Source: Pontiella sp. (GTDB lineage Bacteria > Verrucomicrobiota > Kiritimatiellia > Kiritimatiellales > Pontiellaceae). From it: a DNA stretch of 64,000 nucleotides. Below the pieces are notes generated by a model. The model did not search any database. It had not been told where the DNA came from and saw nothing but the letters and a program-made list of their open reading frames with translations. Both the position numbers and the translations under genes were made by a program. Of this stretch, positions 1-10,053 are shown in pieces (positions within the stretch are counted from its first letter, which is position 1; every line of letters begins with the position of its first letter). Location: assembly GCA_050290185.1 (NCBI GenBank), contig JBNKHE010000005.1, positions 192,001 through 256,000 on the forward strand, read 5' to 3'.

Positions 1-600
1 AAAGTGCTCCATCAGGCGACGGATATGACGGTTTCGCCCCTCGCCAAGAACGATCGTGTATTCGACACCCTTGCGGGTGGAGTGCCCGTCATCGATATCA
101 AGCACACGCAACGTTTCGCCCTTATTGGGGATTCCGCGTTTCATCTTTTGCAACTGATAATGCCCAAGCGGGGTATCGACCCAGACCTTGTAGATTTTTT
201 CCACGTGGTATTTTGGATGCATTAGAGCATGGGCAAGTTCGCCGTCGTTGGTGACGATGATCAATCCCTCACTCATGAAGTCGAGGCGGCCCACGGTATA
301 GACACGTTCAGGAAGATCATCCAGCAGGTCGAGCACGGTGGTCCGTCCGTTGGGGTCATCGGATGTGCAAATGACCTGCGGGGGTTTGTTCATCAGAATA
401 GTAACCGATGCTTCCTTCGCGACCCGCTTCCCGTTACAAAGGACCTTTTGAGAGGGAACCACCTTGGTACCCAATTCGGTCACAACCATTCCATCCACTG
501 AAACCCGGCCGGCCGTGATCAGTTTTTCGCAAAACCGCCGGGAGCCCAGACCGCAATCGGCCAGGTATTTCTGCAAACGAACTGGTTCGTGACAGGTCAT
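1..600 (-). CDS. rRNA pseudouridine synthase, RsuA/RluB family (3' end runs off the window)
   Basis: Manual translation from ATG 600: MTCHEPVRLQKYLADCGLGSRRFCEKLITAGRVSVDG (S4 domain) ...NKPPQVICTSDDPNGR...VGRLDFMSEGLIIVTNDG (catalytic GRLD). Not in the ORF track because there is no stop in the window. Confidence 0.9.
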   Translation of the reverse strand, partial: MTCHEPVRLQKYLADCGLGSRRFCEKLITAGRVSVDGMVVTELGTKVVPSQKVLCNGKRVAKEASVTILMNKPPQVICTSDDPNGRTTVLDLLDDLPERVYTVGRLDFMSEGLIIVTNDGELAHALMHPKYHVEKIYKVWVDTPLGHYQLQKMKRGIPNKGETLRVLDIDDGHSTRKGVEYTIVLGEGRNRHIRRLMEHF

Positions 601-671
601 TACATTCCGTCAAAGAAAAAGCACCCCAGAGACACGCCCGGAGTGCTTTTAATATAAATCCTGTTCGGCGA

Positions 672-827
672 TTAATCTTCGGACTTGGTCTTTGGAAGGT
701 TGAACGCGCGATCGCCGTCTTTCCATTTGCCGTCCTTCTTGAGGACTTCAATTCGTTCAAACCGCTTCAAAACGTTTCGTTTCGTGCGGATCTTGGCCGC
801 GCCCTTCAGGCTGCTGTGCATGGACAT
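672..827 (-). CDS. small basic protein (PVC superphylum signature protein), 51 aa
   Basis: MSMHSSLK...RNVLKRFERIEVLKKDGKWKDGD...LPKTK matches the PVC small basic protein pattern; GGAG upstream of ATG 827. Confidence 0.85.
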   Translation of the reverse strand: MSMHSSLKGAAKIRTKRNVLKRFERIEVLKKDGKWKDGDRAFNLPKTKSED

Positions 828-1008
828 AGTGTTTCTCCGTCGTTGATTTCCCAAAAAATGATCGCGGAAATTAACCCCTTGGATAGGCGATGTCAAAGCC
901 TAACCTCGGCTTTTTTTGCCGATAATCGATCAAAATCCAGACGACTCATTCAGGCTAAAAAAAAGGCCTCCTTAAATGGAAGCCTTTTGAAAAATCAGGA
1001 ATTACTGA

Positions 1009-1191
1009 TTATTTCTTTTCCTGCAAGGTGAGTTTTTTTCCGGAACTTAACCATTCCGTCAAAATAACCTTGCAGTATTTACTGGTTGAAAGATGCATTG
1101 AGTTTGCACGCTTTTCCAGTTCATCAGCCATTTCTTTGGACATATTGATTCCGATAGTTTTTGTATTCTTGCCGATAGGATTTGTTGCCAT
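1009..1191 (-). CDS. small ribbon-helix-helix-like DNA-binding protein
   Basis: KTIGINMSKEMADELEKRANSMHLSTSKYCKVIL fits the RHH strand-helix-helix pattern; GAGG RBS; hairpin at about 957-990 downstream. Confidence 0.6.
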   Translation of the reverse strand: MATNPIGKNTKTIGINMSKEMADELEKRANSMHLSTSKYCKVILTEWLSSGKKLTLQEKK

Positions 1192-1359
1192 GTAATATAC
1201 CTCGTTATTTGTTAAAGATAAACATGGTATAAGCCATGCGCATTTTGAGGTCTAGTAAATATTACTAAAAAAAACCATTCGCGCATCTTTACTCGGAAGC
1301 TAGTCTTTGAAAGTATCCATATTATCGTAAATATATGTTATATTTAGCAGGGAGTAACG

Positions 1360-1611
1360 ATGTGGTGGCCATTTCAAAATAAACGCGCAGAAGCCAGCGA
1401 AGAATATCAATCTTTTTGGAAAGAAGACTTTTCCGACTGCGTTGCCATCAAATACCTGCCGGATTATTCCGTGTGTAAATGCAAAAACAACCGCCGATGC
1501 CGCTACGTGGCTATGTATGCAGGCCTGACTCTTTGCTGTAATCCGAAACACAGAATATTCGTGCCCGAAGGTTCGGCACCCTACGACCCTCATGAAGGGC
1601 CATTCTTTTAA
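1360..1611 (+). CDS. small Cys-rich hypothetical protein
   Basis: 83-aa ORF with AGGGAG RBS; C...CxC....C...CCxxxH pattern. Confidence 0.5.
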   Translation: MWWPFQNKRAEASEEYQSFWKEDFSDCVAIKYLPDYSVCKCKNNRRCRYVAMYAGLTLCCNPKHRIFVPEGSAPYDPHEGPFF

Positions 1612-1661
1612 TTGCCAGCCCACTCTTGCCTTCCACGCAGGACTGCGTCTATCTTCCGCGC

Positions 1662-2744
1662 ATGTCCACTCCTGAAAAACCAATCAAAAAAGGTCGCGTA
1701 GCTGTCGGCATGAGCGGGGGAACCGACAGTTCTGCCGCCGCCGCGCTCCTCGTTGATCAAGGGTATGAAGTGATCGGCCTCACCGCCCACATGTGGAAAG
1801 ACGGATCACGATGTTGCTCGCTGGAGGACGTCGAAAGAGCCCGCAGGGTCTGCACTTATCTGGATATACGGCACTACGTGGTCAACGCGCAGGAAATCTT
1901 CACCGACAAAATCGTAAATCCTTTCGTCGACGCCTACGCATCCGGCCGTACTCCCTCACCCTGCATCTACTGCAATTCGTTCGTGAAGTTCGGTTTTCTA
2001 ATGGATCGCGCGCTGCAGCTCAATTGCGACCATCTGGCGACGGGACACTACGCCCATGTTGAGAAACAGGAAGACGGAAACTACCACTTGTTCTGTGCCA
2101 AGGACCCCACCAAGGATCAATCCTATTTCCTGCACAGGTTAAATCAGCAGCAACTGGGCTTCCTGTTATTCCCGCTGGCCGACATGCCGAAGACGGTGGT
2201 GAAGGCCTATTCGAAAGAGCGCGGCCTGCCCATCGTTCCTCGCGGGGACAGTCAGGACTTGTGTTTCGTGGAAGAGGGGCGGTTGCCGGAGTTTGTTGAG
2301 CAACGCGACCCTTCAGTCATCAAACGCGGCGAGATCCACGACCAGAACGGTAATGTGGTCGGTCATCACGATGGGCTGCATCGTTTCACGGTCGGCCAGC
2401 GCGGCAAGCTGGGCATCGCCTTGGGTGAGCGCATGTATGTGAAACGGCTCGACAGGGAAAACAATGTCGTGGAAGTTGCCCCCCGCCCAGGTGTCATGAA
2501 GTCGGAATGCATGCTCAGCGACATCCACTGGATTTCCGGGAAGCCCCCGGAAAATGATCTGCAGTGCGAAGTACGCCCCCGATATCGAAGCAACGGTGCC
2601 ATAGCATCGGTAAAACTGTCGACGGATAATACGGGACGTGCGGTCTTCGACAAACCCCAGTTTGCACTTACACCCGGTCAGGCCGCTGTCTTCTATCGGG
2701 ATGGAGAGGTGCTGGGTGGCGGATGGATCGATCAGGTTCTGTAG
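1662..2744 (+). CDS. mnmA: tRNA-specific 2-thiouridylase MnmA
   Basis: MSGGTDSS PP-loop, GRTPSPCIYCN, ATGHYA, KDQSYFL, SQDLCF, TPGQAAVFY motifs. Confidence 0.96.
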   Translation: MSTPEKPIKKGRVAVGMSGGTDSSAAAALLVDQGYEVIGLTAHMWKDGSRCCSLEDVERARRVCTYLDIRHYVVNAQEIFTDKIVNPFVDAYASGRTPSPCIYCNSFVKFGFLMDRALQLNCDHLATGHYAHVEKQEDGNYHLFCAKDPTKDQSYFLHRLNQQQLGFLLFPLADMPKTVVKAYSKERGLPIVPRGDSQDLCFVEEGRLPEFVEQRDPSVIKRGEIHDQNGNVVGHHDGLHRFTVGQRGKLGIALGERMYVKRLDRENNVVEVAPRPGVMKSECMLSDIHWISGKPPENDLQCEVRPRYRSNGAIASVKLSTDNTGRAVFDKPQFALTPGQAAVFYRDGEVLGGGWIDQVL

Positions 2745-2852
2745 AGCCGCTCTAAATACAGATGCAAGATCTGTTAGAGTTTGGTGAGAGCTGATTATCT
2801 TGTCGAGTTCAACCCATGAACCTTGGTATAGCAAATCCACAGGAGGATTTAC

Positions 2853-3903
2853 GTGCAGGCAAAAAATGCCATTTTGGGCCTTGGAGAACGTTTCGGAATA
2901 GAAGCGCCGCATACAAAACACGTTACCCGGTTGGCGCTGGATCTCTTTGACGAATTTTCCCCTTTCGAGGGTTTTTAAAAGAAAGATCGTCGTCTTCTCT
3001 TTGCCGCCTCCCAGCTCCATGACATCGCATACGCCACCGCCCCGAAAAACCATGTCATCAAGGGAGCCCGCATTCTGAAGGATCATCCGATCAAGGGATT
3101 TCCGCCCGACGACTGGCTTGAGGTCATTGGAATTGTGATGCTCCATAAATACGACTGGCGCTCCAAGCTGGATCATGACCTTTTTCCAAAGGTCGGCGAA
3201 AAGGAATTGGTGCGCATCAAAAAACTGGCCGCCATTCTTCGCGTTGCCGACGGACTCGACCATGACCATATTCAGGACGCAAGGATCCAGTTTTTCCGGC
3301 GTGGCAGGAAGGTCGACAAGCTTGGAGTGGAATGGAGGTGGTATGCGGGAAACATTCCATGGGCCGAGGCCAAAGCAGACCTCTGGGAAGCGGTTTTCAA
3401 ACGCAGCTTTCGGATTGATGGAAAACTCAAGCAGAGTAAGAAGATGTTCAAGGAGGTTGTTCACAAAAAGGATTCCGTTGCATCGGCCGCCCTCCGACTT
3501 CTCTATTCCCAATTGGTGCATCATGCGCGACAACGTTCCGGACATGATGGAGGGGAGCGACCTTGAATGCCTCCATAGCTACCGGGTGGCCAGCCGGATT
3601 GCGCGCGAAATCCAGAAAGCGGCCGGCATCGAGGTGCGCTACACCTCGCTGGGCCGCGTCCAGCGCGGCGGCACGCAGACGGCCACGGACCGGCTGCTTT
3701 GCACTCGCATGGGCACCAAGGCCGACGAATTGCTGGCCGAGGGAGTCTACAACGTCATGGTGGGCGTCCGGAGCGATACGTGCGAGGCCGTCCCGCTTGC
3801 CGAAGTCGCCGGCCGTCCCAAGTTGGTTCCCGCGGGTCACCGCTGGCTCAAGACCGCGGCATTGGTTGATACCTGCCTCGGTGATGAACTAAACTTAGGA
3901 TAA
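2853..3903 (+). pseudogene. chimeric pseudogene: Ppx/GppA-type HD domain plus start of a CHAD domain, joined to the 3' end of a 6-phosphofructokinase gene
   Basis: AGGAGG RBS and GTG 2853; in-frame TAA at 2976-2978; LHDIAY and ILRVADGLDH HD motifs; frameshift near 3510; LHSYRVA (CHAD start), then LGRVQRGGTQTATDRLLCTRMG (PfkA C-terminal motif). Confidence 0.75.
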
Positions 3904-3934
3904 TCCGTCCAAAACGGCGGAACGGAGGTGCTCC

Positions 3935-4059
3935 ATGAGTTGCCGAAGGGAAAATCCAAGCATAAGCGCAAACCGGGTCTTTACGAATGCAAGAAATGCG
4001 GTGCGGTCGTAAAGAAGAAGGACAAGGTTTGCAGCGGCAAGAAAATCAAAGACGAATAA
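3935..4059 (+). pseudogene. small Lys/Cys-rich peptide gene, apparently frameshifted near its start
   Basis: GGAGG RBS precedes ATG 3935, but the KRKPGLYECKKCGAVVKKKDKVCSGKKI frame is offset from that ATG; a TTG start near 3940 is an alternative. Confidence 0.4.
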
Positions 4060-4113
4060 GGCCTTCGACGGAGTGTTGATTTTTTCGACGAAAACTACCG
4101 TGTCATGCCGACT

Positions 4114-4131
4114 TGTTACATTCATGTAACA
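4114..4131. promoter_or_regulatory. inverted repeat TGTTACA-N4-TGTAACA, candidate transcription-factor site upstream of nadA
   Basis: Perfect 7-bp inverted repeat in the intergenic region; regulator unknown. Confidence 0.35.
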
Positions 4132-4224
4132 TCGATCGGGCTCAATGCGGCCAATCCATTATCCTTTTTGTTTTGTTTTTCCGGGGGAGGTCGTTTTATA
4201 TACGCGCCTTTTTGAGGGAAAACC

Positions 4225-5130
4225 ATGACGACTATTGAAGAACGGATCCAACAACTGAAACGCGAACGTGGCGCGATTATCATTGCCCACAACTACCAGC
4301 CCGACGAGGTACAGGCCATCGCCGATTTTACCGGCGACTCGCTCGAACTAAGCCGGAAAGCCGCCGAGCTTGACGAGGATGTCATTGTCTTCTGCGGCGT
4401 CCATTTCATGGCCGAAACCGCGGCGATCCTAAGTCCCGAAAAAACCATCCTGCTACCCGACCGCTTTGCCGGATGCCCCATGGCGGACATGATTACCGCC
4501 GAGCAACTTAGAGCGAAGAAGGCCGAGCATCCGGGTGCCGTGGTGATCTGCTATGTAAACAGCTCCGCCGCTGTCAAGGCCGAGTGCGATTTATGCTGCA
4601 CATCCTCGAATGCCATGAAGATTGTCAGCTCGGTTCCGGCCGACAAGGAAATCATTTTTGTGCCCGACACCCATCTCGGTCACTACATACAGGAAGAGCT
4701 CGGTCGGGAGATGATCATCTGGGACGGATACTGTCCAACCCACTCGCGTATTCGCGATGTTGATATCCGCCGTGAGCTGGAGGATCACCCCGACGCCAAG
4801 GTCATGGCACATCCCGAATGCCCACTCCCGATCCGCGACTTGGCAGACTACCTGCTATCTACCGGCCAGATGTGCACGCATGCCAAGGAGTCAGATGAAA
4901 AGGAATTTATTGTCGCTACGGAAATGGGATTACTCTACCGCCTGCGAAACGAAAACCCGGATAAGAAGTTTTACTCCGTCAGCGATCGCGCGCTGTGCCC
5001 GAACATGAAAAAGATTGATTTGGAAAAGGTACTCTGGTCGCTCGAGGACACGCAGCATCGGATCACGGTACCGAAGGAGATTGCCGACAAGGCCCGCCTG
5101 TCGATCGAGCGCATGCTGGAACTGAGCTAG
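4225..5130 (+). CDS. nadA: quinolinate synthase
   Basis: AHNYQ, FCGVHFMAE, AGCPMA, YVNSSAAVKA, AHPEC, CPNMK motifs. Confidence 0.96.
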   Translation: MTTIEERIQQLKRERGAIIIAHNYQPDEVQAIADFTGDSLELSRKAAELDEDVIVFCGVHFMAETAAILSPEKTILLPDRFAGCPMADMITAEQLRAKKAEHPGAVVICYVNSSAAVKAECDLCCTSSNAMKIVSSVPADKEIIFVPDTHLGHYIQEELGREMIIWDGYCPTHSRIRDVDIRRELEDHPDAKVMAHPECPLPIRDLADYLLSTGQMCTHAKESDEKEFIVATEMGLLYRLRNENPDKKFYSVSDRALCPNMKKIDLEKVLWSLEDTQHRITVPKEIADKARLSIERMLELS

Positions 5131-5232
5131 TGAAACCGGGAATTTTAAACCTGAAACTTAAATGTGCGATTACCGCATACGGAATACACGCAATACGCGG
5201 TAAGCAATGCGAAATTTCGCAATAGGGGAACC

Positions 5233-6063
5233 ATGTGGGAATATACGGATAAGGTTACGGATCACTTCAAGAATCCGCGTAATGTCGGGGCGGTCGAAAA
5301 CCCGGACGGTGAGGGAACTGTCGGCTCGCTGGCGTGCGGAGATGCCCTGCGACTTACCTTCAAGCTCGATGAAAACAAGCGTATCTGCGAGGCCCGGTTC
5401 CAGACCTTTGGTTGTGCCAGCGCGATTGCCTCCTCCTCCGCGTTGACGGAAATGGTTCTCGGCAAGACCATCGAGGAAGCCGAGAAGATTACCAATAACG
5501 ATATCGTCGAATATCTCGGCGCGTTGCCGAAGCAGAAGATTCATTGCTCGGTCATGGGCCGCGAAGCACTCGAAGCGGCGATCTACAACTACCGCACCGG
5601 AAAGACGCTCGACAAGAAGCTGGACGGCGAAGTGATCTGCCACTGCTTTGGCGCTACCGACAAGGAAATCGAAAAGCTGGCCCGCGAGCAAAACCTGACC
5701 ACGGCCGAAGATATAACCAACGCCTGCAAGGCCGGCGGCGGATGCGGCCAGTGCATCCCGGAGATCGAAACGATCATCAATCGCGTCATCGACGAGGGAC
5801 AGGCCAAAACGGAAATAAAGCCGAAACTGACCCAGCTGCAGAAAATCAAGCTGATCGAGGAAACCATCGACCGCCAGGTCCGCCCGATCCTGCGGCGCGA
5901 CAATGGCGACCTCGAGTTGCACGACGTCGACGGCGACAAGGTCTTCGTTAAGTTTGTCGGCGCCTGCGTGAGTTGTCCCGTCTCGACCGTCACCCTCAAG
6001 GATGTTGTCGAAACCCAGCTCCGCGAAGCCATCTCCGACGACATCGTCGTGGAGGCCGTCTAG
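5233..6063 (+). CDS. nifU: Fe-S cluster scaffold protein NifU (IscU-like + BFD [2Fe-2S] + Nfu domains)
   Basis: MWEYTDKV...ACGD...FQTFGCASAIASSS...KIHCS; CHCF...GGCGQC; GACVSC. Confidence 0.93.
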   Translation: MWEYTDKVTDHFKNPRNVGAVENPDGEGTVGSLACGDALRLTFKLDENKRICEARFQTFGCASAIASSSALTEMVLGKTIEEAEKITNNDIVEYLGALPKQKIHCSVMGREALEAAIYNYRTGKTLDKKLDGEVICHCFGATDKEIEKLAREQNLTTAEDITNACKAGGGCGQCIPEIETIINRVIDEGQAKTEIKPKLTQLQKIKLIEETIDRQVRPILRRDNGDLELHDVDGDKVFVKFVGACVSCPVSTVTLKDVVETQLREAISDDIVVEAV

Positions 6064-6159
6064 ATTTAACAAAATGATTTAGGGCAGAAAAATTTCAACC
6101 GGCAGCATGGAATCATTTTCCACAATAATTTTGTCAGATAACAATTCCGGGGACAGGAA

Positions 6160-7326
6160 ATGAACAAGTCAGTGTATGTCGACAACAACGCCACGACTGC
6201 GGTAGCGCCCGAAGTCACGGAAGCCATGTTGCCTTTCTTTCACGAGCATTGGGGTAATCCTTCGAGTATGCACGCCTTCGGCGGAAACGTTAAGAAGCAC
6301 ATTGATACTGCCCGCGAAAAGGTGGCGGCACTCATCGGAGCGGAACATCCGAGCGAAATTATTTTCACGAGTTGCGGCTCCGAAAGCGACAACATGGCCA
6401 TCCGGGGAACGGTCGATGCCATGGGAGGCCATCCGCACATCATTACGACGCGCGTCGAGCATGCGGCGGTACTTGGACCGTGCCATCATCTCGAAGACCG
6501 CGGCTACCGTGTGACCACCCTCGATGTGGACGCCATGGGCAACCTCGATCTCGACCAGGTTCGCGATGCCTCTGCGAGCGGCAAGAAAACCGTCGCTTCC
6601 ATCATGTGGGCCAACAACGAAACCGGCGTAATTTTCCCGATTCCAGAACTTGCAGCACTTGTCAAGGAGGGCGGGGGTATCGTCCATACCGACGCCGTCC
6701 AGATTGCCGGCAAACTGCCTTTCGCGGTGAAGGATCTTCCCATCGACCTTTTATCCATATCCGGCCACAAGCTGCATGCGCCCAAGGGAATCGGAATGCT
6801 ATACGTCCGGCGTGGCACCAAAATCACGCCACACATCATGGGCGGACACCAGGAGCGTGGACGTCGTGCCGGAACGGAAAACGTGCCGTATATTGTCGGC
6901 CTCGGAAAAGCCTGTGAACTGGCCATGGAACGCATGGATCAGGACGCAGAACACGAACGCAAACTGCGCGACCGACTTGAACTGGGCATTCTCGAAACCT
7001 GCAAGGGCGCGCGCATAAACGGTGATGTCTCGCACCGCCTGCCCAACACCACTAACATCAGCTTTGAGTATGTAGAAGGAGAAGCCATCCTGCTCATGCT
7101 CGACGACGTCGGTATCTGCGCCTCCACCGGCTCGGCCTGCGCATCCGGCTCGCTGGAACCGTCGCATGTACTGCGCGCCATGGATGTACCGCGCTCGATG
7201 GTTCACGGATCCATCCGTTTCAGCCTCAGCCGATACAATACCGAGCAGGACGTCGACTATGTTCTGGAAAAGATGCCCGTCATCATCAACCGCCTCCGCG
7301 AACTTTCTCCGTTTGTGAAAGACTAG
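6160..7326 (+). CDS. nifS: cysteine desulfurase NifS/IscS
   Basis: DNNATT, GNPSS, ANNETG, HTDAVQ, SGHKLHAPKG, STGSACASGSLEPSHVL. Confidence 0.95.
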   Translation: MNKSVYVDNNATTAVAPEVTEAMLPFFHEHWGNPSSMHAFGGNVKKHIDTAREKVAALIGAEHPSEIIFTSCGSESDNMAIRGTVDAMGGHPHIITTRVEHAAVLGPCHHLEDRGYRVTTLDVDAMGNLDLDQVRDASASGKKTVASIMWANNETGVIFPIPELAALVKEGGGIVHTDAVQIAGKLPFAVKDLPIDLLSISGHKLHAPKGIGMLYVRRGTKITPHIMGGHQERGRRAGTENVPYIVGLGKACELAMERMDQDAEHERKLRDRLELGILETCKGARINGDVSHRLPNTTNISFEYVEGEAILLMLDDVGICASTGSACASGSLEPSHVLRAMDVPRSMVHGSIRFSLSRYNTEQDVDYVLEKMPVIINRLRELSPFVKD

Positions 7327-7495
7327 AGAACATCAAGAGGAATTTGAACAGAAGGACGCAAATAGCGCATAACGCTCAACATACGAGTCCAACAATTTGT
7401 GGCGACCGTTAAAATCTGTTCTGATATTAGCAAAATCTATGGATTCCAGTCATGGCGCCTGCTATGTTTCTTCGTCTTGAAACTGGAGAAACTAC

Positions 7496-8587
7496 ATGAT
7501 TCCGAAAGACTATATTTCCGACCTGAAAGTATATGAGCCGGGCAAGCCGATTGAAGAGGTCGCACGCGAACTGGGATTTGATGACATCGCCGAAATCGTA
7601 AAAGTCGCATCGAATGAAAACGAACTGGGGCCGTCGCCCATGGCGGTCGAAGCGATGCAGGAAGCCATTTCGGAGATGCACCGATATCCCGACGGCGGCG
7701 CGTTTTATCTAAAGCAAAAACTGGCCGGCAACCTGGATGTCTTGACCAACCAACTGCTTTTCGGCGCCGGCAGCAACGAACTGATTGTATTCCTCGGACA
7801 CGTCTTTCTGGAGGAGGGAACCAACTTGATCATGGGCGCCGAAGCCTTCGCCGTCTATTTTCTCGTGGCTGCCATGTACAACGCCGAAACCATTCGGGTT
7901 CCAATGCCCGCACATGTCCACGACCTCGACGGCATGCTCGCTGCTATCACGCCCGAAACGCGACTGGTGGTCATTTGCAACCCGAACAATCCCTCAGGAA
8001 CGATAGTTACGCCGGAAGCCATCGACACCTTCATTGAAAAGCTTCCCGACCACGTGGTGGCCGTTTTCGACGAAGCCTATTTCGAAGTCATGCCTGAAAA
8101 GATGAAACCCGATGTGCTCAAGCATATCCGGGCCGGCAAGCGGAATATTATCCTGCTGCGCACCTTCTCCAAGGCTTATGGACTGGCCGGCCTGCGCATA
8201 GGCTATGCGATAGGGCATCCCGAGCAGATCGGACTGCTCAATAAAGTGCGCCAGCCGTTCAACGTCAACGGCATGGCCCAGGCCGCCGCCATGGCAGCAT
8301 TAGACGATATTACCCATCTGGTAGAAACCAAGGAAATGGTGGAGCAGGGGATTCAATACTTCGAACGGGAACTGACCGCGCTCGGCCTGGAAACCGTACC
8401 CACCGCCGCCAATTTCATCATGGTCAAGACGGGCAACGGCCGCTCCGTATTCCAGGAACTTCAGAAGCGCAAGGTCATCGTGCGCCCGATGGACCCCTAC
8501 GGCCTGCCGGAACATATCCGTATCACGATCGGCACCCCTGAACAAAACCAGAAAGTTCTCTCGGCACTCCAGGAGGTATTGGCATGA
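7496..8587 (+). CDS. hisC: histidinol-phosphate aminotransferase
   Basis: YEPGKP, ASNEN, CNPNNPSG, DEAY, RTFSKAYGLAGLRIGY. Confidence 0.93.
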   Translation: MIPKDYISDLKVYEPGKPIEEVARELGFDDIAEIVKVASNENELGPSPMAVEAMQEAISEMHRYPDGGAFYLKQKLAGNLDVLTNQLLFGAGSNELIVFLGHVFLEEGTNLIMGAEAFAVYFLVAAMYNAETIRVPMPAHVHDLDGMLAAITPETRLVVICNPNNPSGTIVTPEAIDTFIEKLPDHVVAVFDEAYFEVMPEKMKPDVLKHIRAGKRNIILLRTFSKAYGLAGLRIGYAIGHPEQIGLLNKVRQPFNVNGMAQAAAMAALDDITHLVETKEMVEQGIQYFERELTALGLETVPTAANFIMVKTGNGRSVFQELQKRKVIVRPMDPYGLPEHIRITIGTPEQNQKVLSALQEVLA

Positions 8588-9213
8588 GCACGCCCTTCGA
8601 GGCAAACGATTTAATCCTTTTCACCGGCGATAGCATTACCGACTGCAACCGAAACAGGAAAGTCCCCGACTCCCTCGGCATGGGCTACGTCGCAATGATT
8701 TGCGGACGGCTGGGGCTCGATCATCCGGAATTGAATCTCAGGTTTCGCAACACCGGCATCAGCGCGGATCGCACCTGCGACCTGCTGAAACGCTGGGACC
8801 GGGACTGCATCGATCTGCAGCCAAACTGGGTTTCGATTCTGGCTGGCGTAAACAATGTCTACTACCGCTATGACCGGAACGATCCGACGCCGGCTGATGT
8901 CTTTGAGTCTGAATACCGCGAGTTGCTGCAACAGATCAAGGACAAGACATCCGCCCGGCTGATCCTCTGTGCACCGTTCCAGTTGCCGATCAACGATTTT
9001 GTAGCCGGCATGCGCGAGGACCTCGAACCAAAGATTGAAGTGATCAAGAAGCTGGCTGGAGAATTCGACGCCATTTGGGTCGATTTCGACGCGGCCTTTG
9101 TCTCCGCCGAGCAGCGCCATATTCCGTCCTACTGGGCCGAAGACGGAGTCCATCCTTCCATCGCCGGCCACGCCCTCATGGCCGAAACCTGGCTCGGCGT
9201 CGTCGGGAAATAA
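8584..9213 (+). CDS. SGNH/GDSL hydrolase family protein
   Basis: FTGDSITD, GISAD, GVNN, DGVHPS blocks. Confidence 0.9.
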   Translation: MSTPFEANDLILFTGDSITDCNRNRKVPDSLGMGYVAMICGRLGLDHPELNLRFRNTGISADRTCDLLKRWDRDCIDLQPNWVSILAGVNNVYYRYDRNDPTPADVFESEYRELLQQIKDKTSARLILCAPFQLPINDFVAGMREDLEPKIEVIKKLAGEFDAIWVDFDAAFVSAEQRHIPSYWAEDGVHPSIAGHALMAETWLGVVGK

Positions 9214-9410
9214 CGAACCTCAAAAGCGCAAAGATCGTTAAGAAAGGGGAATCCCGATTTGCGGATTTGAACCATTCGTTGCGCTTATTGCCTGCTCCGA
9301 AAATTATCTATTCGGGAAATTCTGGCGTCCAAAGTCTCCTATTCCACATCCCGACGATCCAATAATCCGGTCAAAATATGATTATGCTCTTCTTTTTTAA
9401 GCATCCCCGC

Positions 9411-9438
9411 TTGACTCAAAATGTGGAATAAGTACGAT
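9411..9438 (+). promoter_or_regulatory. sigma70-type promoter of tRNA-Val
   Basis: TTGACT-N16-TACGAT about 20 nt upstream of the tRNA. Confidence 0.6.
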
Positions 9439-9458
9439 GTCGGCTCCTTTGAACAAAT

Positions 9459-9535
9459 GGGCGTTTAGCTCAGTTGGCTAGAGCATCTCGTTTACACCGA
9501 GAGGGTCGGCGGTTCGAGCCCGTCAACGCCCACCA
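9459..9535 (+). tRNA. tRNA-Val(TAC)
   Basis: GGGCGTT/AACGCCC acceptor stem, anticodon arm TCTCG-TTTACAC-CGAGA, GGTTCGA T-loop, encoded CCA. Confidence 0.97.
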
Positions 9536-9542
9536 TTCTTTG

Positions 9543-9570
9543 AGGCTGGAACTTCGGTTTCAGCTTTTTT
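9543..9570 (+). terminator. intrinsic terminator after tRNA-Val
   Basis: AGGCTGGAAC-TTCG-GTTTCAGCTT hairpin followed by a T-run. Confidence 0.7.
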
Positions 9571-9631
9571 ATTTCCAGCATAATGGACATTCCAGTTTCG
9601 ACGAGTTAACCATCATCTCATAAAAAACATC

Positions 9632-10042
9632 TTGTTCATTTGCAGCCGTAACAAGTTGCGGAGCCCGACGGCGGAGAAGGTCTTCTATGAGCGGGAAGGG
9701 TGGGATGTGCGGTCGGCAGGACTGGCGAGCAAAGCCCCCAATGACCGTGTTTACTGGCTGGCCAACAGTCTCATGGCAGGCAGTGACTGGATCACCCTGG
9801 AACCGGGGGTTCCGCTGGATTTCGAAGCGATCGTTGGCGAAGGTCCGGGGGGCGAGTTTCACGCTGGACTGCTGGTTGAGGTAAAAGACGAGGAGTACCC
9901 GTTGAACGATCGGGGAACACCGATCTTCCCCATATTTGCGATGAAAAAACCCTCGTGGGAACTGGAGGACACCATATTGGAATATCTCTGGGATGGGGAT
10001 GCCAATGTAACGAAGGTCACGACTATTTTCAGAGACTATTGA
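9632..10042 (+). pseudogene. probable chimeric remnant: LMW phosphotyrosine-phosphatase-like N-terminus joined to an unrelated C-terminal fragment
   Basis: FICSRNKLRSPTAEKVF...VRSAGL (CX5R-type P-loop), after which the sequence no longer resembles that family; weak TTG start. Confidence 0.45.
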
Positions 10043-10053
10043 GGTATGGAAAA

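Noticed and set aside
4..501. Plus-strand ORFs 4-225 and 229-501, and other long antisense ORFs (e.g. 2313-3545, 5170-6072, 12852-13850, 44164-45486, 50479-51660, 58440-59381)
   Set aside because: They are shadow ORFs opposite well-supported genes in GC-rich DNA, with no motifs of their own.
5233..7326. nifU/nifS as evidence of nitrogen fixation
   Set aside because: No nitrogenase genes are in the window; NIF-type NifSU commonly serves general Fe-S assembly, here next to the Fe-S enzyme NadA.
9459..9535. tRNA-Val as the prophage attachment site
   Set aside because: I saw no duplicated tRNA 3' end and no integrase; about 16 kb of mostly housekeeping genes separate it from the prophage.
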